Sequence record: OQ198718.1
DNA length: 40,000 nucleotides
Strand: one strand, 5' to 3'
From: Kolpuevirus sp. 'frurule'
Within the stretch, counting starts at the first letter, position 1. Every line of letters begins with the position of its first letter. A program made the translations under genes and the position numbers. This document shows positions 36,980-40,000 of the stretch, piece after piece. The notes under the pieces are model-generated. The model was not told the origin of the DNA and made no database searches. It worked only from the letters and a program-made list of their open reading frames with translations.

Positions 36980-37252
36980 ATGAAAGAAAAGAGTTTAGTA
37001 AAGAGTGAGAAGAATGATATTAGTTATGGTCCTGAAGAACTTAAAGATTTGATTATCTTTGATGCAGTATCTAAATACAAGTCAGTTGCTAGAGCAATTA
37101 GAAGAGGTGATGTGACTAAATATGGTACTATAGCACCTAAAAGACCCTTCAATAATAGGGTGAACACCTCTAGAAGAGCTGGTGTTAATAGCAGAACAAT
37201 GAATGAATATAAGAAGAACATTTATGGAAGACTCACAGGAAAAGCAATATGA
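36980..37252 (+). CDS. Small basic hypothetical protein
   Basis: 90 aa, Arg/Lys-rich middle and C-terminus. Confidence 0.6.
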   Translation: MKEKSLVKSEKNDISYGPEELKDLIIFDAVSKYKSVARAIRRGDVTKYGTIAPKRPFNNRVNTSRRAGVNSRTMNEYKKNIYGRLTGKAI

Positions 37253-37427
37253 TTATAATAGTGAACCAGTAGAATATTGCACTAAATGCTTGTCTCTGGC
37301 TATTAGAGATGTAAATGGACAGCCCTATTGTGATAAGTGTGGCTGCACTCAAACAGGTAAGACTGACATCTATACTTGGGAGAAGAAGTATGGTGAAGTT
37401 TATGGTGGAAGTTACTTAAACAAATAA
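37203..37427 (+). CDS. Zn-ribbon-like small protein
   Basis: EYCTKCLSLAIRDVNGQPYCDKCG (CxxC...CxxC). Confidence 0.6.
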   Translation: MNIRRTFMEDSQEKQYDYNSEPVEYCTKCLSLAIRDVNGQPYCDKCGCTQTGKTDIYTWEKKYGEVYGGSYLNK

Positions 37428-37436
37428 TAGTAGAAG

Positions 37437-37730
37437 ATGGAAAAAGAAATGAAGATGGAACCAAAAGGTCCTAAGGAATTATCAAGAGAACAGTTAACTG
37501 GAATGTTACATCAGTTATCTGAACAAGATAGAAAGTTAGTTGAAGAGAATAGAAAACTTAAGGGTGCTATACAAGAGATGTACATGACTAATACCTTTAA
37601 GAGACTTGATTATCTGTTTAAAGTAGTGGAATCTACTAACTCTGTCTTTAGTAAAGACTTTATTGCTAAGTGTGCTAAAGAGATTGAGGATATTACATTT
37701 GGTACTGAAGAACCTGTAACTGAAGAATAA
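37437..37730 (+). CDS. Hypothetical coiled-coil-like protein
   Basis: 97 aa ORF. Confidence 0.6.
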   Translation: MEKEMKMEPKGPKELSREQLTGMLHQLSEQDRKLVEENRKLKGAIQEMYMTNTFKRLDYLFKVVESTNSVFSKDFIAKCAKEIEDITFGTEEPVTEE

Positions 37731-37740
37731 GGAGGTTATT

Positions 37741-38121
37741 ATGGAAGTGGCAGCTAATAATGTAATTAGAATACCTACCTCTCAGAAAAAGTTCTTTCGT
37801 TTTTGGTTTGAATTTCTAAAGCCATTCCATAAGTTAACTGATAGAGAGATAGATGTAATTACAGCTTTTACCTATGAAAGATATAATCTAGGTAAAGTTA
37901 TATCTGATGAAGATATACTTGATAAAGTAGTTATGTCTGAGGATACTAAGAAGAAAATAAGAGAAGAGTATAAGGTTACTCCAGCATACTTTCAAGTAAT
38001 TATGGGGAAACTAAGGAGAAATGGACTAATAGTTAATAATAAGATAAATCCTAGATTTATACCTAATATAACTGAAGATAATGGTTCATTTAAACTAATG
38101 CTTTTATTTGATATACAATGA
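37741..38121 (+). CDS. Hypothetical protein
   Basis: 126 aa; possible winged-helix-like content (LTDREIDVITAFTYERYN...VIMGKLRRNGLI). Confidence 0.6.
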   Translation: MEVAANNVIRIPTSQKKFFRFWFEFLKPFHKLTDREIDVITAFTYERYNLGKVISDEDILDKVVMSEDTKKKIREEYKVTPAYFQVIMGKLRRNGLIVNNKINPRFIPNITEDNGSFKLMLLFDIQ

Positions 38122-38396
38122 GTTATCAGGAGATATTAAAGAAAGTAGCCATAGAACTTAACCTTCCAGTGGAAGTAGTGAAGCTGGCTTATGAGTCACA
38201 CTGGGCTTTTATAAGGGAAACTATAACAAGTTTACCTTTAAAAGAATCACTGAATGAGGAGGATTTTAGTAAGTTAAGGACTAACTTTAACATACCTTCA
38301 CTTGGTAAGCTCACATGTACTTATGAGAGAATGTTAGGAGTTAAAAAGAGATTTGAATATATAAAAAGAATAAGAGATGGAAGATTGGAAAGTTAG
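38118..38396 (+). CDS. Hypothetical protein
   Basis: 92 aa, 4-nt overlap. Confidence 0.6.
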   Translation: MSYQEILKKVAIELNLPVEVVKLAYESHWAFIRETITSLPLKESLNEEDFSKLRTNFNIPSLGKLTCTYERMLGVKKRFEYIKRIRDGRLES

Positions 38397-38586
38397 ATTA
38401 GTAGAAGAATACAAGCAACTTAATGAAAGAATGAGTAAGCTTGGTGAAGCCTTAATGAAGGAAGAGTTTTATGAGAAGGTTGGTAGAGTTCAACACTTCT
38501 ACATGGTGTCTCAGTACACAGGAATGAGAATTTATAAAGAAGCTCTTGAAGATAGATTAGAAGATCTAGGAATAAAAGTAGAATAA
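38377..38586 (+). CDS. Hypothetical protein
   Basis: 69 aa ORF overlapping neighbour. Confidence 0.55.
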   Translation: MEDWKVRLVEEYKQLNERMSKLGEALMKEEFYEKVGRVQHFYMVSQYTGMRIYKEALEDRLEDLGIKVE

Positions 38587-38587
38587 G

Positions 38588-39052
38588 ATGAGAGTAATTA
38601 AGAAAATTAAGCCAATGTTCACTACTGTTATTACAACAATGAACATTCTTGAAGAAAAAGATATGTGTTTCTCAGGAACTAGTATAATTGATAGTTCAAA
38701 GATGAGAAGATCAGTAGATGAGTTTCAAACAGTATTAGCAGTTGGACCACATGTAAATGGTGTTCAGGTTGGTGATTTAGTATGCATTAATCCTATTAGG
38801 TTCCTCAAACCTAAACAGGTTAAAAAGCCTAATCAAGCTCCATCATTAAAAGATGGTATGGAGGAATATCAAACTGAATTGAATTATCAATTTGATATAA
38901 TTGAAATTGATGGTAAACCATGCTTAAAGTTGCAGGATAGAGACATTGATTATGTAATTGAAGACTATGAAGAAGTAGAAGAGTTTGACTCTAATCCTAC
39001 TATTGTGACTGAAGAGCATCTAAAAGGCAAACCAAGAATTGACTTGAATTAA
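38588..39052 (+). CDS. Hypothetical protein with GroES-like sequence features
   Basis: KIKPMFTTVITTMN...FQTVLAVGPHVNGVQVGDLVCINP resembles the co-chaperonin barrel pattern. Confidence 0.45.
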   Translation: MRVIKKIKPMFTTVITTMNILEEKDMCFSGTSIIDSSKMRRSVDEFQTVLAVGPHVNGVQVGDLVCINPIRFLKPKQVKKPNQAPSLKDGMEEYQTELNYQFDIIEIDGKPCLKLQDRDIDYVIEDYEEVEEFDSNPTIVTEEHLKGKPRIDLN

Positions 39053-39107
39053 TAACAAAGCCTAGCTTAAGTAAAAATTAGGCTAGGCTTTTTAAGTTTA
39101 TATACAT

Positions 39108-39665
39108 ATGAGATTAATGAAGTTTGAGGGATATACCCTTGTAATAGAACCAGAAGCTCTTGTACTTAAATCTATAAAGAATCTATGGAATAGAGATAGA
39201 AGTAAAGAGAAGGACAGAGCATTAGCTGAATTAGGATTTATATATTTTATGGTTGATCCCAGAAGTACATATTCATATATAACTAATCCTGAGGATAGAG
39301 CAGCTAAGATTATACTTGAAGAAGGTTTACCTAGTAATTGGAAGCCTGATAAGATAGTTGAAGAAGCTATGAAGACTTATAAGGACTCAGTTATTACTAC
39401 TTCATACTTATTATTAGAGGATGCTAAGTTTGCAGTAGATAATCTTAGGAAGTATTTAAGAGAGATGGACTTTACTGCAACTGATGATAAGGGAAAGCCT
39501 AAATATCCAGTAAATACCTTAGCTACTGCTGTTAATCAGATGACTGATATGGCAGAGAAACTAATGAAGACTGAGAAGATAGTAGCTCAAGAGATTGCAG
39601 AGAATAGTAAGATGAGAGGTCAAAAAGAGAAGACCATTATGGAGGATAGTATATCATGGGCATAG
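39108..39665 (+). CDS. Hypothetical phage protein
   Basis: 185 aa ORF preceding further + strand genes. Confidence 0.6.
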   Translation: MRLMKFEGYTLVIEPEALVLKSIKNLWNRDRSKEKDRALAELGFIYFMVDPRSTYSYITNPEDRAAKIILEEGLPSNWKPDKIVEEAMKTYKDSVITTSYLLLEDAKFAVDNLRKYLREMDFTATDDKGKPKYPVNTLATAVNQMTDMAEKLMKTEKIVAQEIAENSKMRGQKEKTIMEDSISWA

Positions 39666-40000
39666 TAAACTTATATAAAGCTATTAGGAAGAAGTTAGAT
39701 GATTGGAAGGATAATTATCCATCTGATTGTGGTTTTATGATTAAAGCTAATGAGTATATCATAGAAGGAATGAGTTCTTTTGAAGAATCCTACTATCTTG
39801 TAATGGTAGATATATCCTATAAATCCTATAATGGAGTATCTAAATTCTTTAGAATGGAATATAAAGAGAATTTAAGAAGTGTACGTCCAGAGATAGAAGA
39901 AATTATTAGTGAGAAGATTCTTTCAGAACTGTCTAACCTGTTAGATAAAGGTATATTAGACAGTGTTAAAGATGGAACATTTAGAGGCTGGGGAGTATGA
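39656..40000 (+). CDS. Hypothetical protein
   Basis: 114 aa ORF ending with TGA at the last base of the window. Confidence 0.55.
   Translation: MGIVNLYKAIRKKLDDWKDNYPSDCGFMIKANEYIIEGMSSFEESYYLVMVDISYKSYNGVSKFFRMEYKENLRSVRPEIEEIISEKILSELSNLLDKGILDSVKDGTFRGWGV

Noticed and set aside
1-40000. CRISPR array or Cas genes
   Set aside because: No regularly spaced direct repeats with unique spacers and no Cas-like proteins were seen.
34615-40000. Alternative genetic code (stop-codon reassignment) in the + strand genes
   Set aside because: ORFs are intact and closely packed under the standard stops, so no recoding is needed in this window; the odd tRNA-like genes do not show a clear suppressor anticodon.

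Overview
This 40 kb window reads as part of a large tailed-phage genome, probably from a Bacteroidota-infecting lineage; that host assignment is inference. Genes on the - strand fill about 0.1-34.1 kb. They encode a nucleotide and replication module: dUTPase, class II ribonucleotide reductase, two PD-(D/E)XK-like nucleases, uracil-DNA glycosylase, DnaG-type primase, AAA ATPase, DnaB-type helicase and SF2 helicase. An accessory region of small genes follows. From about 34.6 kb the polarity flips to +, with a tRNA cluster and then conserved small proteins. The most interesting observations are: (1) a compact cassette resembling ubiquitin-like conjugation (beta-grasp-like protein, unknown protein, JAMM/JAB peptidase, ThiF/E1-like enzyme, unknown protein) at 7.7-12.7 kb; (2) an adjacent Prs-like/Nampt-like pair at 20.7-23.3 kb, which is the gene arrangement of the phage NAD+ reconstitution (NARP1-type) anti-defence pathway; (3) a group I intron with a GIY-YIG ORF that splits the DnaB-type helicase inside its Walker A motif, with a short 5' exon missing from the ORF track; (4) a cryptic dUTPase N-terminal fragment upstream of a second GIY-YIG gene; (5) a small protein with two HxT motifs, resembling 2H phosphoesterases (LigT/Acb1-type); (6) several structurally odd tRNA-like genes; (7) paralogous small-protein families and a recurrent 16-17 nt intergenic motif. 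All family calls come from reading motifs; no database search was run.
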